From: Myxococcales bacterium
Lineage (GTDB): Bacteria > Myxococcota_A > UBA9042
Direction: 5' to 3'
Assembly (NCBI GenBank): GCA_037441385.1
Contig: JBBISH010000022.1
Span: 2-64,001, forward strand
DNA length: 64,000 nucleotides
Every line of letters starts with the position of its first letter. Position 1 is the first letter of the stretch. A program made the translations under genes and the position numbers. Below the pieces are notes generated by a model, which was not told the DNA's origin, did not search any database, and saw only the letters and a list, made by a program, of their open reading frames with translations. Positions 18,098 through 26,995 of this stretch are shown in pieces.

Positions 18098-19366
18098 CTA
18101 GTGGTGGTGCCAAAGGCCGCTGAGCCAGCCGTGCTTCTTGGATTCCTGGCGCTCCAGCAAATCGATGGCCATCGCGTCCAGCGCCTTGGCCACGGGGTCC
18201 CGCGGGGCAAAAGCCGCCAGAGGCGTACCCTGGTTGACGGCCGCCGAGACCGCTGCATAGCTGTTGGGCACCGTGGTCCAGACCTTGGCACCCACAGCCA
18301 GCTCAATGTCTTCGTTGGTGATCTCGCCGCTCTTCTGGTAGCGGTTCACCACGATCCGCAGCCGATCCGAGCCGTAGCCCAGCCCGCGCAGCGCCTCGTA
18401 CGAGCGCTTGGCGTCGCGGATGAACGGCAGCGTCTGCTGCATGACCAGATAGATATAGTCCGCACAGTCCAGGGCCTTTACGCTCACCGCATCCAAGCTG
18501 CGCCCCATGTCCAAGATGACGTATTCGTAGCGATGCGCCGCCAGCCGGACCAGCACATCCACTTGATCTGGGCGGACTTGCGCGGCGCGTTCCAGATCCT
18601 CGGGCGCCGCCAACACCGAGTAGGTGGGCAGCACTTCGCACATCGAGGCCTGCAGGAACGCCCCGTCCAGGCGCGCCATGTTGTCGCTGACCACATCGGC
18701 CAGGTTGCTCTGCGGCACCCGGTCGGTGACGAACAGCGCCGCGTCGCCAAACTGCAGGTTCAGGTCGATGAGCGCAGTCTTGGCGCCGGCCTTGCCCAGG
18801 GCATAGCCCAAGTTGGTGGCCAAGAACGTGGAACCGCTGCCGCCTTTGCCCGCCATGAACGCGACCACTTTGCGCTTTTCTTGCGGCGTAGGCACGTGCA
18901 CCACTTGGTTCTCGATGTGGTTCACGGCGTCGCGCAGGGCATCGGGCGCCACGGGCAGCTTCAGCACGTCGCGTACGCCCGTGCGCATGGCCGCAATCAA
19001 GAAGCCAGGCTCTACGTTGCCTGACAACAGCACCACGGGCAGCGCCCCGCGGTCGGACAGCACTTGCTCCAGGCGCGCCAGATCGGTCTCGGTCTGGCAC
19101 ACGCTGTGGATCACCAGCAAATCGAACTGGTTGCGATCCAGCACGCTGGAGAGCGTCTGCAGGCCGCCGTTGAAAAGCGACAAAGTGCGTCGGGTTGCGT
19201 CGTTCAGGTCCAGGATTTGGCGAACCTCTTCCATTTGGCTCTGATCGTGGGCCAGCACGCCGATCCGCTCGGGTTGCGGCGCCGGCACGCTGCCACTGAC
19301 CGGACGCGCCGTCGCTGCGCCGGTGTGGTTGCTGCCCTTGGCTTCATGGGTTTCGGTGGGCGTCAT
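18098..19366 (-). CDS. tadZ: CpaE/TadZ: atypical receiver domain plus MinD/ParA-type ATPase
   Basis: Deviant Walker A AGKGGSGSTFLATNL. The N-terminal receiver-like fold has DLLVIHS, with His where the phospho-Asp is expected. Confidence 0.85.
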   Translation of the reverse strand: MTPTETHEAKGSNHTGAATARPVSGSVPAPQPERIGVLAHDQSQMEEVRQILDLNDATRRTLSLFNGGLQTLSSVLDRNQFDLLVIHSVCQTETDLARLEQVLSDRGALPVVLLSGNVEPGFLIAAMRTGVRDVLKLPVAPDALRDAVNHIENQVVHVPTPQEKRKVVAFMAGKGGSGSTFLATNLGYALGKAGAKTALIDLNLQFGDAALFVTDRVPQSNLADVVSDNMARLDGAFLQASMCEVLPTYSVLAAPEDLERAAQVRPDQVDVLVRLAAHRYEYVILDMGRSLDAVSVKALDCADYIYLVMQQTLPFIRDAKRSYEALRGLGYGSDRLRIVVNRYQKSGEITNEDIELAVGAKVWTTVPNSYAAVSAAVNQGTPLAAFAPRDPVAKALDAMAIDLLERQESKKHGWLSGLWHHH

Positions 19367-19399
19367 GGTGTGCCTCCTGTAGGCGTGGCGCGGCGCAGT

Positions 19400-19696
19400 T
19401 CAGCGTCCGCTGCCAAGGCCACCCGTGTTGCCGGCGGCGGGCTTGGGTGGATCCTCAAAGGACTTGTAGTAGCGATTCATCAAGGCCTCGGCGGCGCGGC
19501 CATCCATGCCCTCTGGGTCGTCGTGCTCGCTCCGCAGCAGCGGGTGCAGCGTCTGGTGGCGCTGGGCATTCCGCACCGATTCACCCCAGTGGGCGTCGAG
19601 GTGCGGGGTCAGCGCGCAGCCGCTGAGTCCCGTGGCCAGCGCCAGCAGCAACAGCCAGAAGATGATTCGCGAATTGGCCCTGAGCGTGGTGTTCAT
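19400..19696 (-). CDS. Small Tad-locus lipoprotein (CpaD/DUF3613-like by position)
   Basis: MNTTLRANSRIIFWLLLLALATGLSGC contains a lipobox. GGAGGA ribosome-binding site. It sits between the secretin and tadZ genes. The family assignment is tentative. Confidence 0.6.
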   Translation of the reverse strand: MNTTLRANSRIIFWLLLLALATGLSGCALTPHLDAHWGESVRNAQRHQTLHPLLRSEHDDPEGMDGRAAEALMNRYYKSFEDPPKPAAGNTGGLGSGR

Positions 19697-19741
19697 GATG
19701 TCCTCCCCTAGCGGCCCATGGCCACTGGGCTGCCGGCGTGG

Positions 19742-21265
19742 CTACTTGGCAGGCGCGGCCTTGTCTGGCGTGCGCGGTCCCCTGTCCGCGGGGTGGTCCG
19801 CCGTTGACTTCTTGTCCGCGTCCCCCTTGCCCTCCTCGTCGCGGTGGCCTTCCAACTTCCCACCCAGCAAGAAGCGGGCGCGGCTCGGCTCGACAAAGCT
19901 GTCGGTCGGCAGCTGCGGCAGGTGGCCTAGCGGCCGGGCCAGCCGCGGCGTGACCACGATCAGCAACTCGGTCTTGTTCTTCTGGAAGTCGCTGCTGCGG
20001 AACAGCGGCCCCAGCAGCGGCAACTCGCCCAGGATCGGGAAGCGCTGGATGCTCGAGCGGTAGCTGTCTTGCAGCAGTCCGCCGATGGCCAGCGATTGCC
20101 CTTCGCGCAGTTGCACGGTGGTCGAAACCGAGCGCGTGGTCAGGGTGGGCACCACCACCGACGCGCCCAGCGCGGTATTGGCCACAGGCGAGAAGCTGAC
20201 CAGCGACGAAACGGCGGACGTCACGCGGAGATGCACGTTGCCGTTGTCCAGCACCGTGGGGACGAACCGCAGCTCGACACCAAACTGCTTGGCCTGCAGC
20301 ACGGTGGTGCCGCCTGGTTGGGGCACGGGGATCAGGATCTCGCCGCCCGCCAAGAAGCTGCCCTCTTGGCCGCTGATCGCCGTGAGCGTCGGCTCGGCCA
20401 GGATCTTGATCAGTCCGTCGGTCTTTTGCGCGTCGATGATGAAGCTGCCGCCGTCTTGCGAACCCAGCGGGGTCGTGGTGGGTTGCAGCACGCCGCGCGG
20501 AAGGTCCGCCGTGGTCGCGGCAAAGGGCGCCACCTTCTGCGTGGCGTTGAAATTCGCGCCCATGCTGGTCTTGCCGCCGCCCAACAGACCCAGCAGGGTC
20601 CCGGTCCAGCGACCACTTGCCGCGCTCCACGCGCCCGAAAAGTCGAAGCCCAATTTTTCGCCCATGGTGCGGTTGATTTCGGCGACCTTGACCTCGAGCA
20701 TCACCTGCTGCGTCGAGCCGACCTGAAGGAAGTTGAGGACTTTCTTGCCCACATAGGCGTTGGCGAGCTCCACCGCCTTTTCCAGACGGGCGGCGCTCGA
20801 CACCGTGCCGGTGAGCACCAGCGATTCGCCCGCGGCTTGGACCTTGAGCTCGGACTCGCCCGGCAGAACTGCGAGCAGTTTCTCTTGGAGTCCAGCGGGA
20901 TCCACGCCCACAGAGACGTCGATGACGCGCGACTCGTTGTTCTTGCCCCACACGACGATGTTGGTCGAGCCCACGCCCTTGGCCACCACGTAGACTTCGC
21001 CGGGGCCCAGCAGGATCACGTCGGCAATCGCGGGGTTTCCTACCGAGAGGCGCGCAACCTGTGTGCCGATGCGCAATACGGTCGACTTGCCCAGCGCCAA
21101 GTGTAGAAATTGCGTCGCGTCACTGGCCGAGGGCGCGGCCACGGGCGGCTCGCTGGTGGCAGGCTCGGCCGCCACCGACACGACCGGGCTGATGACCAGC
21201 GCCACCGCGCTCAGCACCTGGGCGCTGCGCGAAACTAGAAACCGAAGCGGGTAGTTGGCGTTCAT
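19742..21265 (-). CDS. rcpA: Tad secretin (CpaC/RcpA)
   Basis: Signal peptide, a BON-like N-domain and the secretin C-domain (GGLLQD...PILGELPLLGPLFRS...ELLIVVTPRL). Confidence 0.9.
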   Translation of the reverse strand: MNANYPLRFLVSRSAQVLSAVALVISPVVSVAAEPATSEPPVAAPSASDATQFLHLALGKSTVLRIGTQVARLSVGNPAIADVILLGPGEVYVVAKGVGSTNIVVWGKNNESRVIDVSVGVDPAGLQEKLLAVLPGESELKVQAAGESLVLTGTVSSAARLEKAVELANAYVGKKVLNFLQVGSTQQVMLEVKVAEINRTMGEKLGFDFSGAWSAASGRWTGTLLGLLGGGKTSMGANFNATQKVAPFAATTADLPRGVLQPTTTPLGSQDGGSFIIDAQKTDGLIKILAEPTLTAISGQEGSFLAGGEILIPVPQPGGTTVLQAKQFGVELRFVPTVLDNGNVHLRVTSAVSSLVSFSPVANTALGASVVVPTLTTRSVSTTVQLREGQSLAIGGLLQDSYRSSIQRFPILGELPLLGPLFRSSDFQKNKTELLIVVTPRLARPLGHLPQLPTDSFVEPSRARFLLGGKLEGHRDEEGKGDADKKSTADHPADRGPRTPDKAAPAK

Positions 21266-21283
21266 GATGGTGTCCCCCTTGGC

Positions 21284-22243
21284 CTAGAGGTCCTCGTGGC
21301 TGCGCGAGCCGCCCTTGATGATCTCGACCTTGTCGCGCTGCTTGACGGGAGCCGGGGCCGGCTTGTCGACGACCGGCACCTTGCGGACGATGTACTTGTA
21401 TTTCTTGGTCACAACCGGAGCCGGCGGCGGCGGCGGCGGAGCAACCTCTACCGTGGTCGGCGTGGGCAGCGCCGGCAGGGGCGCCGCTTGCGGGGCAGCC
21501 GGCATCACGACGGGCTCGGGCGGCAGGCTGTCATCGCCGTGCAGCATGAACAGCTTGTTGGCGCCCAGGGTCGACAGGCTGGCGTTGTCCACCTGATTGC
21601 GCAGGACCAGCGAGAGGTTGCCCACGCTGCGCGCCAGGTCCAGCACCTCGGCCTGCTCGGGGGTGACTTCTAGCGTCACCGCGTTGACTACCTTGGGTTT
21701 GGTCTCGTCGCGGCTAGCGACCTGCGCCACCGCCAGCACCAAGATGTGCTCCAGCACGATCTTGGACACGCTGCGGCTTTTGCCGGTCTGCTCTTTGATG
21801 CTGTCGTCCTCTGTGTTGACGACGATGTCCACGTAGTTGCCCGGCAAGGCGAAACCGGCCACGCCGACCACGTCGTTCACGCGCACCGTCATGGCGCGCT
21901 TGCCGGGGCCAATCACGGCCGACAGCCCGCCTTTGCTGCCCACCGGCGCCAGCTTGGACTCCAGCAAGGGCTCGCCGCGCAGCACCGTGCTGTTCACGAC
22001 GCGAGTGTCCAGCGTCTTGACGTCGGTAAATGCGCCAGCCGGCACGTGATTCGACGGCCAATCGGCAATCTTGACCATGTTCGGCGCGATGCGGGCACCC
22101 AGCTCGATATCGGTGGCGGCGACCACCACCTTGGCTGTAGCAAGGGGCGCCTGCTCGGCCAACCAGCGCGAAGCCAGCACCACCGCGGCCAAACCGACGA
22201 CGATCGACAAGACGATCATCAAGATGGCTCGAGGGCTCTTCAT
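21284..22243 (-). CDS. rcpC: CpaB/RcpC pilus assembly protein with a Pro-rich C-terminal extension
   Basis: The ATG at 22243 has GGGAGAA upstream and gives MKSPRAILMIVLSIVVGLAAVVLA. The fold is SAF/CpaB-like. The tail reads PPEPVVMPAAPQAAPLPALP...APPPPPPAP. The ORF-track N-terminal extension to 22801 is rejected. Confidence 0.8.
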   Translation of the reverse strand: MKSPRAILMIVLSIVVGLAAVVLASRWLAEQAPLATAKVVVAATDIELGARIAPNMVKIADWPSNHVPAGAFTDVKTLDTRVVNSTVLRGEPLLESKLAPVGSKGGLSAVIGPGKRAMTVRVNDVVGVAGFALPGNYVDIVVNTEDDSIKEQTGKSRSVSKIVLEHILVLAVAQVASRDETKPKVVNAVTLEVTPEQAEVLDLARSVGNLSLVLRNQVDNASLSTLGANKLFMLHGDDSLPPEPVVMPAAPQAAPLPALPTPTTVEVAPPPPPPAPVVTKKYKYIVRKVPVVDKPAPAPVKQRDKVEIIKGGSRSHEDL

Positions 22244-22474
22244 GGCGTTCTCCCATCTTGGGGGGCAAGCCTGCCGGGGATGCCTGTACCCGACTGCGCT
22301 GGCCCTGCGGCGCCTCGGCCAACTGCGCTGGGCGCGGTGGTCGTGGCGATGCGTCTGAGCACGACTCGCTTGGGTGAGCCACGATCCGGGCGGACACACC
22401 GCCGCGGCTTGGGGTGGCCACCAGCCGCCAGATTGCGCCACGGTCTGCTGTGGCATCTGGGTACCTGGAGGTTT

Positions 22475-22490
22475 AGCAAGAGCCGTGCCA
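22475..22490 (-). promoter_or_regulatory. sigma54 (-24/-12) promoter upstream of rcpC
   Basis: The minus strand reads TGGCACGGCTCTTGCT, matching the consensus TGGCAC-N5-TTGCW. It lies ~230 nt upstream of the 22243 start and is identical to the element at 26892-26907. Confidence 0.7.
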
Positions 22491-22592
22491 AGCACTGGCC
22501 GCAGCGAGGGCCAGAAAACACTGCATAAATGCACCGAGAATTCGCCGCACGAACGGGAAGTGGTGCGCGGCCGGCCAAAAATGACGACGCAT

Positions 22593-22604
22593 CCGGGGAA
22601 TTTT
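22593..22604 (+). promoter_or_regulatory. CCGGGGAATTTT motif, candidate enhancer (UAS) for the rcpC sigma54 promoter
   Basis: The same 12-mer occurs at 27010-27021. Related CGGGGAAATT copies occur at 23797 and 23817. Each lies ~85-130 nt upstream of a sigma54 promoter. Confidence 0.4.
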
Positions 22605-22682
22605 ACCACCCGTTGCCCGCACGGCCGTCCGGTCGATGGCTCGCAACTGACGGTAAGTAGGAGTTTTCGGCAATATGGGAAT

Positions 22683-23258
22683 CTACGGAACCGCACCGCT
22701 GGCCCACAGCAGGTAGGCCGCCGTGCCGGTCGCGATGGCCACTGCGTAGGGCAGTTGGCCCGCCGAGGCGGGCGCCCCGGACAGTTCCGGCAGTTCGCCA
22801 ATGCCCAGGCGGGCCACGCCGGTCGCGAGCATGGTGCGAACGTTGCGCAGCAGGGCCGGGGCGACGTGCCAGTGCAAGGCTGCCACCACGGCCAGCACGC
22901 CGCCCGCGACCAACGTCGCCAAAGCCGCGCCGATGGCCGCGCGCGGACCCAGGAATGCCCCCACGACGGCCATCAGCTTGACGTCGCCAGCGCCCATGGC
23001 GCCAATTCCGTAGAGCGGGACCAGGGTCCCAAAGCCGACCACCGCGCCCGCCACGCAGGGGCCAAAGCCAAGCGGGCCTGCCAGCGCGGGATTTCCATGC
23101 GCGGCGACCCCGTTGCAGAGCAGCGCCAGCAGAAATCCAACGAGAATCAGTTTGTTGGGAATCTTTCGCGCACGCACGTCGGTCACGACCGCCGTGCCCA
23201 GAATACCGGCCAGGCACAGACCTTGCCACAGTGCATAGGTGCCAAAGTCGAGTCGCAT
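22683..23258 (-). CDS. tadV: Prepilin peptidase CpaA/TadV (A24 family, peptidase domain only)
   Basis: Motifs VVTDVRARKIPN and GAGDVKLMAVVGAFLG. The ATG at 23258 has GAGGTG upstream. An alternative ATG lies at 23273. Confidence 0.8.
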   Translation of the reverse strand: MRLDFGTYALWQGLCLAGILGTAVVTDVRARKIPNKLILVGFLLALLCNGVAAHGNPALAGPLGFGPCVAGAVVGFGTLVPLYGIGAMGAGDVKLMAVVGAFLGPRAAIGAALATLVAGGVLAVVAALHWHVAPALLRNVRTMLATGVARLGIGELPELSGAPASAGQLPYAVAIATGTAAYLLWASGAVP

Positions 23259-23411
23259 GGCCACCTCGTGCATGTTGCCCCGGTGGACCGGACTGCGCGA
23301 AGTCCAAGGCGGAACACCTGATCCCCAGTTGGGCCGCCAAATGCGTGGGGCAGTGGGCAGCGGCCGCAACTGGGGCAGGGGGTGTGCGGCGCGAGCACCG
23401 CGAGCCGGCCG

Positions 23412-23600
23412 CTACGGCACAGAGACACCGCCAAGCTTGTTGGCGATGGCGGTAAACAAACCGCCGATCTTGGTGCCCAAGAGCGCCGCGGCGGTGATAA
23501 TCGCCACGCCAACCAGGGCCGCGAGCAGGCCGTACTCGATGGCAGTCACGCCGTCTTCGTCCCGAACAAAGCGCTTAGCGCTCAGAATCAAGGCCTTCAT
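23412..23600 (-). CDS. flp: Flp-family type IVb pilin
   Basis: 62 aa with the Flp motif DEDGVTAIEYGLLAALVGVAII. AGGAG ribosome-binding site. Confidence 0.9.
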   Translation of the reverse strand: MKALILSAKRFVRDEDGVTAIEYGLLAALVGVAIITAAALLGTKIGGLFTAIANKLGGVSVP

Positions 23601-23697
23601 GGTAGTCTCCTAAGTGACACAGTGCACCTTGGTGGCCTTCAGGCTGACCCGCAGCCAGCGGCAGCAGAAATCATCCCGGGGCGCTGTCCATGGGATG

Positions 23698-23713
23698 TGC
23701 AAGCGGCGTGCCA
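23698..23713 (-). promoter_or_regulatory. sigma54 (-24/-12) promoter upstream of the promoter-distal flp gene
   Basis: The minus strand reads TGGCACGCCGCTTGCA, a consensus match. It lies ~100 nt upstream of the ATG at 23600. An AT-rich tract sits immediately upstream (23715-23760). Confidence 0.75.
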
Positions 23714-23796
23714 ACCTGAAATGCAATACAATATCCGGTAAATAAATGATTATTGTACTCATGGTGTGCGGCAGAGTGCCGGTGCGCAACACCGTG

Positions 23797-23826
23797 CGGG
23801 GAAATTCGCGGGCGCTCGGGGAAATT
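23797..23826 (+). promoter_or_regulatory. Two direct CGGGGAAATT repeats 20 nt apart, candidate UAS for the flp sigma54 promoter
   Basis: CGGGGAAATT occurs at 23797-23806 and 23817-23826, ~85-115 nt upstream of the -24 element. Confidence 0.4.
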
Positions 23827-23880
23827 GCCGACTGGTCGCTTGGCGCAACGAGCTGCCCCAGGGCGACGCCGCCGGGCGCC

Positions 23881-23925
23881 CCAAAAATCCGAACCCGGCC
23901 GCGGGCGCTGGGGTCCGCGGTCGGG
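23881..23925 (-). terminator. Rho-independent terminator after the upstream flp gene
   Basis: The minus strand reads CCCGACCGCGG-(10 nt loop)-CCGCGGCCGGG, an 11-bp stem with one mismatch, followed by TTCGGATTTTTGG. It lies ~25 nt after the flp stop at 23948. Confidence 0.65.
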
Positions 23926-23947
23926 CTCGAGGTGCGTCGAGGGGCGA

Positions 23948-24136
23948 CTACGAAGCGGAGGCGCCGCCAAGCTTGTTGGCGATGGCCGTGAACAAGTCGC
24001 TGATCTTGGTGCCCATCAGCGCGGCAGCCGTGATGATGGCGACGCCGACCAAGGCGGCCAGCAGGCCGTATTCGATCGCAGTCACGCCGTCTTCGTCGCG
24101 CGCGAAGCGGGCAATGGCGTTGGTAATCGTCTTCAT
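23948..24136 (-). CDS. flp: Flp-family type IVb pilin (second paralogue)
   Basis: 62 aa with DEDGVTAIEYGLLAALVGVAII. AGGAGG ribosome-binding site. The mature part differs from the other paralogue at only a few positions. Confidence 0.9.
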   Translation of the reverse strand: MKTITNAIARFARDEDGVTAIEYGLLAALVGVAIITAAALMGTKISDLFTAIANKLGGASAS

Positions 24137-24171
24137 GATGTCCTCCTATTCTGCCGGAGCCTTGCCCCGAC

Positions 24172-24717
24172 CTACCTACCCAGACTCTCGGCAGCCATGA
24201 CTACCGACGAGGGTGGAATTCGCAGCGTGACTCCAAAAATGCTCTCGAATTCCACAGGAACGCACGGCGAGGCCTGGGTGCGGCACACCGCGGCCTCTAC
24301 ATAGCGAATACAGGTGGTCTGGCGCGCCGCATCCAAGCACGCCGACAGGTTGTCGTCTGGATCGGCGGGCATCGCCTCCACCTCGTTCAGACTGGCGTCC
24401 AGATAGCGCAACCGCACTTGCTGACTAGAGACTTGCGGAGCGCCCGGCACCGTCACGGACCCGCCCTCGCCGGCATGGAACACGGCATAGCGCTGCACGG
24501 CGTCCACCTCGGCGGCCGAGAAGCCCTGCACTACGGCAAAGCGCGCGGCCCGGCGCGTAACTTCCTGCACCGTATTCCACATGTACAGGTAGCGGCCCAT
24601 CTCGGTCACACCGGTCAGCAGCGCCGAAAACGCACCGACGACCAGCGCAAATTCCAACGCCGCGGCGCCGCGTTGCAGTCGATTCGGGCGGCGGATTCGG
24701 TGTTCGATGCTCGGCAT
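24172..24717 (-). CDS. tadE: TadE-like pseudopilin
   Basis: TadE N-terminal motif RGAAALEFALVVGAFSALL. AGGAGG ribosome-binding site. Confidence 0.8.
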   Translation of the reverse strand: MPSIEHRIRRPNRLQRGAAALEFALVVGAFSALLTGVTEMGRYLYMWNTVQEVTRRAARFAVVQGFSAAEVDAVQRYAVFHAGEGGSVTVPGAPQVSSQQVRLRYLDASLNEVEAMPADPDDNLSACLDAARQTTCIRYVEAAVCRTQASPCVPVEFESIFGVTLRIPPSSVVMAAESLGR

Positions 24718-24747
24718 GACCGCCTCCTTTGCCCCTGGTTTGGGCCG

Positions 24748-25242
24748 CTAGGGCAGGTACGGCATCACGGTGTGGGGCCCCACGGCCAGGTCTTGGCTGC
24801 TCGTCGAGCCATCGGGCCCCCAAAGTGCCATCCAGCCGCCCAGTTTCAAGCTGTAGCCCGTGATGGCCACGCGCACATAGGCGGGCGACACGCCATCTTG
24901 GCAGGCGATCGTCGCAAAGCTGGCATTGAGGCAGCTGACCGCGACGTTGCCGCGCACCAGACCCGGCACGCCCGCGGCGGTGGCTTCCTGGACCACCGTG
25001 TCTTGCGCCAGCGGGACCACGGCGGTCAGGGTCTCTGCGTCGGCCAGCGACATCATGCGCGCAGCGTCGCGGGTGGCCCGGGTCAGGCTGTTGTAGTACC
25101 AAAAGGACCTGCCGAACTCGATCGTCCCAGAGAGCACCACGAGTAGCAGCATCACCACCAAAGCGAATTCGACCACGGCGACGCCGCGCTGGCTGGAGCG
25201 CGTTCGCCATGGGGTGCAGCTCGGGCAAGGTGGTGTCGTCAT
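24748..25242 (-). CDS. TadE/TadF-like pseudopilin
   Basis: Motif QRGVAVVEFALVVMLLLVVL. The ATG at 25242 sits immediately after the tadG stop. Confidence 0.75.
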   Translation of the reverse strand: MTTPPCPSCTPWRTRSSQRGVAVVEFALVVMLLLVVLSGTIEFGRSFWYYNSLTRATRDAARMMSLADAETLTAVVPLAQDTVVQEATAAGVPGLVRGNVAVSCLNASFATIACQDGVSPAYVRVAITGYSLKLGGWMALWGPDGSTSSQDLAVGPHTVMPYLP

Positions 25243-25246
25243 GGCA

Positions 25247-26611
25247 TCACCGGAACAGGCGCACTGCGCCGCGGGGGAACGAGGTGGGCAGCAAACCACC
25301 AAATTCCAGGTAAATGTTCTTGTCGCCCGGCACGTTGGCCTTGCGCTCCATCAAGAACTTGCCGTAGCCCGCCACCCGCACCGGCCGACACGAGCCGCCC
25401 GCCACGCCTTCGCAGTTGACGATGGCCACGTTCAAGCTGCGCCGCCCGGCCTTGCCGCGATGCCCCACCGCGGGTGCCTGGAAATACGGCCCACTGGTTT
25501 GGGCGTAGGGCGACGGTTCGGGGTAGCTGGTGGCACTGCCGCCGTACAGGCTCAGGCCTGCGCCGGTGGGCCAATCGGCTACCGTCGCGCCCCTTTGCCG
25601 CGACCCAGTCCACAGCACGCCGTAGTCCAAGAACGTGCGCGCCGACAGCGGGATCGGCGCGTGCTTGCCCGCCACCGTGGTGAAGCCAATGCTCTGCTGG
25701 CGCGGGTCCGGGTTCATCCAGTTGGCCGGGTTGCCGCCGCCAGCGCCGTTCCAATAGTACTCTTTGATGTTGGTGTCTGGGCGCGCCGTGGTGGGGCTGC
25801 AGCGGTTCTTGGGGTTGTACACGTCAAAACGCGAGTCCAACGCGGAAAGCTGTGGGTCGGAAACGCCTGTGTTGGTATAGACATTGCTGCCGACTGGGAT
25901 GGTGTTGGCGGTCTTGCCCACACAGGCAAACGGCAGAGAATCGCTGGTGTTGTTGAAGCACTCGCCCGCGCGGCCCTTGCCGGCGATCCAATACAGGGTG
26001 CCGGGCGAAATGGGGTTCATATCTGCCACGTTGTACGACACGCCGCGCTCGTAGCCCAACTCTTGGTCGCGCGGGTTGGCGGGATCGTCGGGCAGCACGC
26101 ACACCGCCACCAGCGCCATCTCCGACTCCGCTTGACCGGCGGTGGCGTCGCCAAAGGTGTGGGTACCGCGGATGCCCCACAGGCCGGCGAACCAAGCGCC
26201 CACCTGGCGATCGCCTGTGGTGACGCGCAGAAAGGTCTTGTCGCTCGCCTCGGCGTCGCTGTCGACCGTGGCGGCGTCGACCAAGGCGTCTGGGCTGCTG
26301 CCGACTTGAATCACCAGCCCGCCGTCGCCGGCCGCGCTGCCCACCGGAGTGCCAAAATCGTAGGAGTTTTGCCTTGCTACTGCCACCGCCTTGTTGACGG
26401 CCCGCGTCACGCCCGCCGCCGAACCGTCGAGCTCGCCCGCACCGGCCAAGGCGGCTGCGTCTGCGGCGTTTTGCAGTGCAGTCTTGGAGACATAGAGGTG
26501 TCCCAGGTCTACCACCAGCGCCAGCACCCCAATCACGACGACCAGGAACAGGCTCATCACGATGACGACCGCGCCGCGTTGATGCGATCCAACGGCTCGC
26601 TTGGCTCTCAT
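25247..26611 (-). CDS. tadG: TadG-like pilus-associated protein
   Basis: The ATG at 26611 has GGGAGAA upstream. The N-terminus HQRGAVVIVMSLFLVVVIGVLALVVDLGHLY...QNAADAAALAGA is typical of the TadG family. Confidence 0.75.
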   Translation of the reverse strand: MRAKRAVGSHQRGAVVIVMSLFLVVVIGVLALVVDLGHLYVSKTALQNAADAAALAGAGELDGSAAGVTRAVNKAVAVARQNSYDFGTPVGSAAGDGGLVIQVGSSPDALVDAATVDSDAEASDKTFLRVTTGDRQVGAWFAGLWGIRGTHTFGDATAGQAESEMALVAVCVLPDDPANPRDQELGYERGVSYNVADMNPISPGTLYWIAGKGRAGECFNNTSDSLPFACVGKTANTIPVGSNVYTNTGVSDPQLSALDSRFDVYNPKNRCSPTTARPDTNIKEYYWNGAGGGNPANWMNPDPRQQSIGFTTVAGKHAPIPLSARTFLDYGVLWTGSRQRGATVADWPTGAGLSLYGGSATSYPEPSPYAQTSGPYFQAPAVGHRGKAGRRSLNVAIVNCEGVAGGSCRPVRVAGYGKFLMERKANVPGDKNIYLEFGGLLPTSFPRGAVRLFR

Positions 26612-26891
26612 CGCAATTCTCCCAGGCGCCGCGAGGCGCCCTTCCAGGCGCTGGGGCCGCTGTCCACGCAGCGTGGCGCCGGATGGTAGACCCAGGAACA
26701 CCCTGATCTTCCTCCACGGATTTCGCCGACAACGGGACTGGCACATCATGGCCAGCGGCGCGCTGAGGGGACATGTGATTGGCCGCCAAACCATGTGCTC
26801 ACACAGCTACCGGATGTGCTGGCCCATTGGGGGCGTAGTCCTCCCTGCGGTCCTTGCAAACCCGCTGCTCTGAACCGCTGCCCCAAAGCAA

Positions 26892-26907
26892 AGCAAGAGC
26901 CGTGCCA
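26892..26907 (-). promoter_or_regulatory. sigma54 (-24/-12) promoter upstream of tadG
   Basis: The minus strand reads TGGCACGGCTCTTGCT. It lies ~280 nt upstream of the 26611 start. Confidence 0.7.
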
Positions 26908-26995
26908 AGGCCTTGGCGACAGAAATAGCGTGCAAAAGCAGGGCATTGTGCTGTGTCGGCCCGGAGTCGGCCAGGCGACGCGCGGGGCTGGCGGG

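Noticed and set aside
21284-22801. Long N-terminal extensions in the ORF track (21284-22801, 44570-46591, 49135-51069, 33982-35010, 38478-39938, 27058-28089, 12853-14742).
   Set aside because: The extensions are low-complexity Arg/Pro-rich, and some overlap upstream genes or promoters. Internal starts give proper signal peptides or family N-termini with ribosome-binding sites.
23259-23411. Possible attenuator or terminator between flp and tadV.
   Set aside because: Only direct repeats (CTCGCG..CTCGCG) and weak pairings were seen, with no stem plus T-tract.
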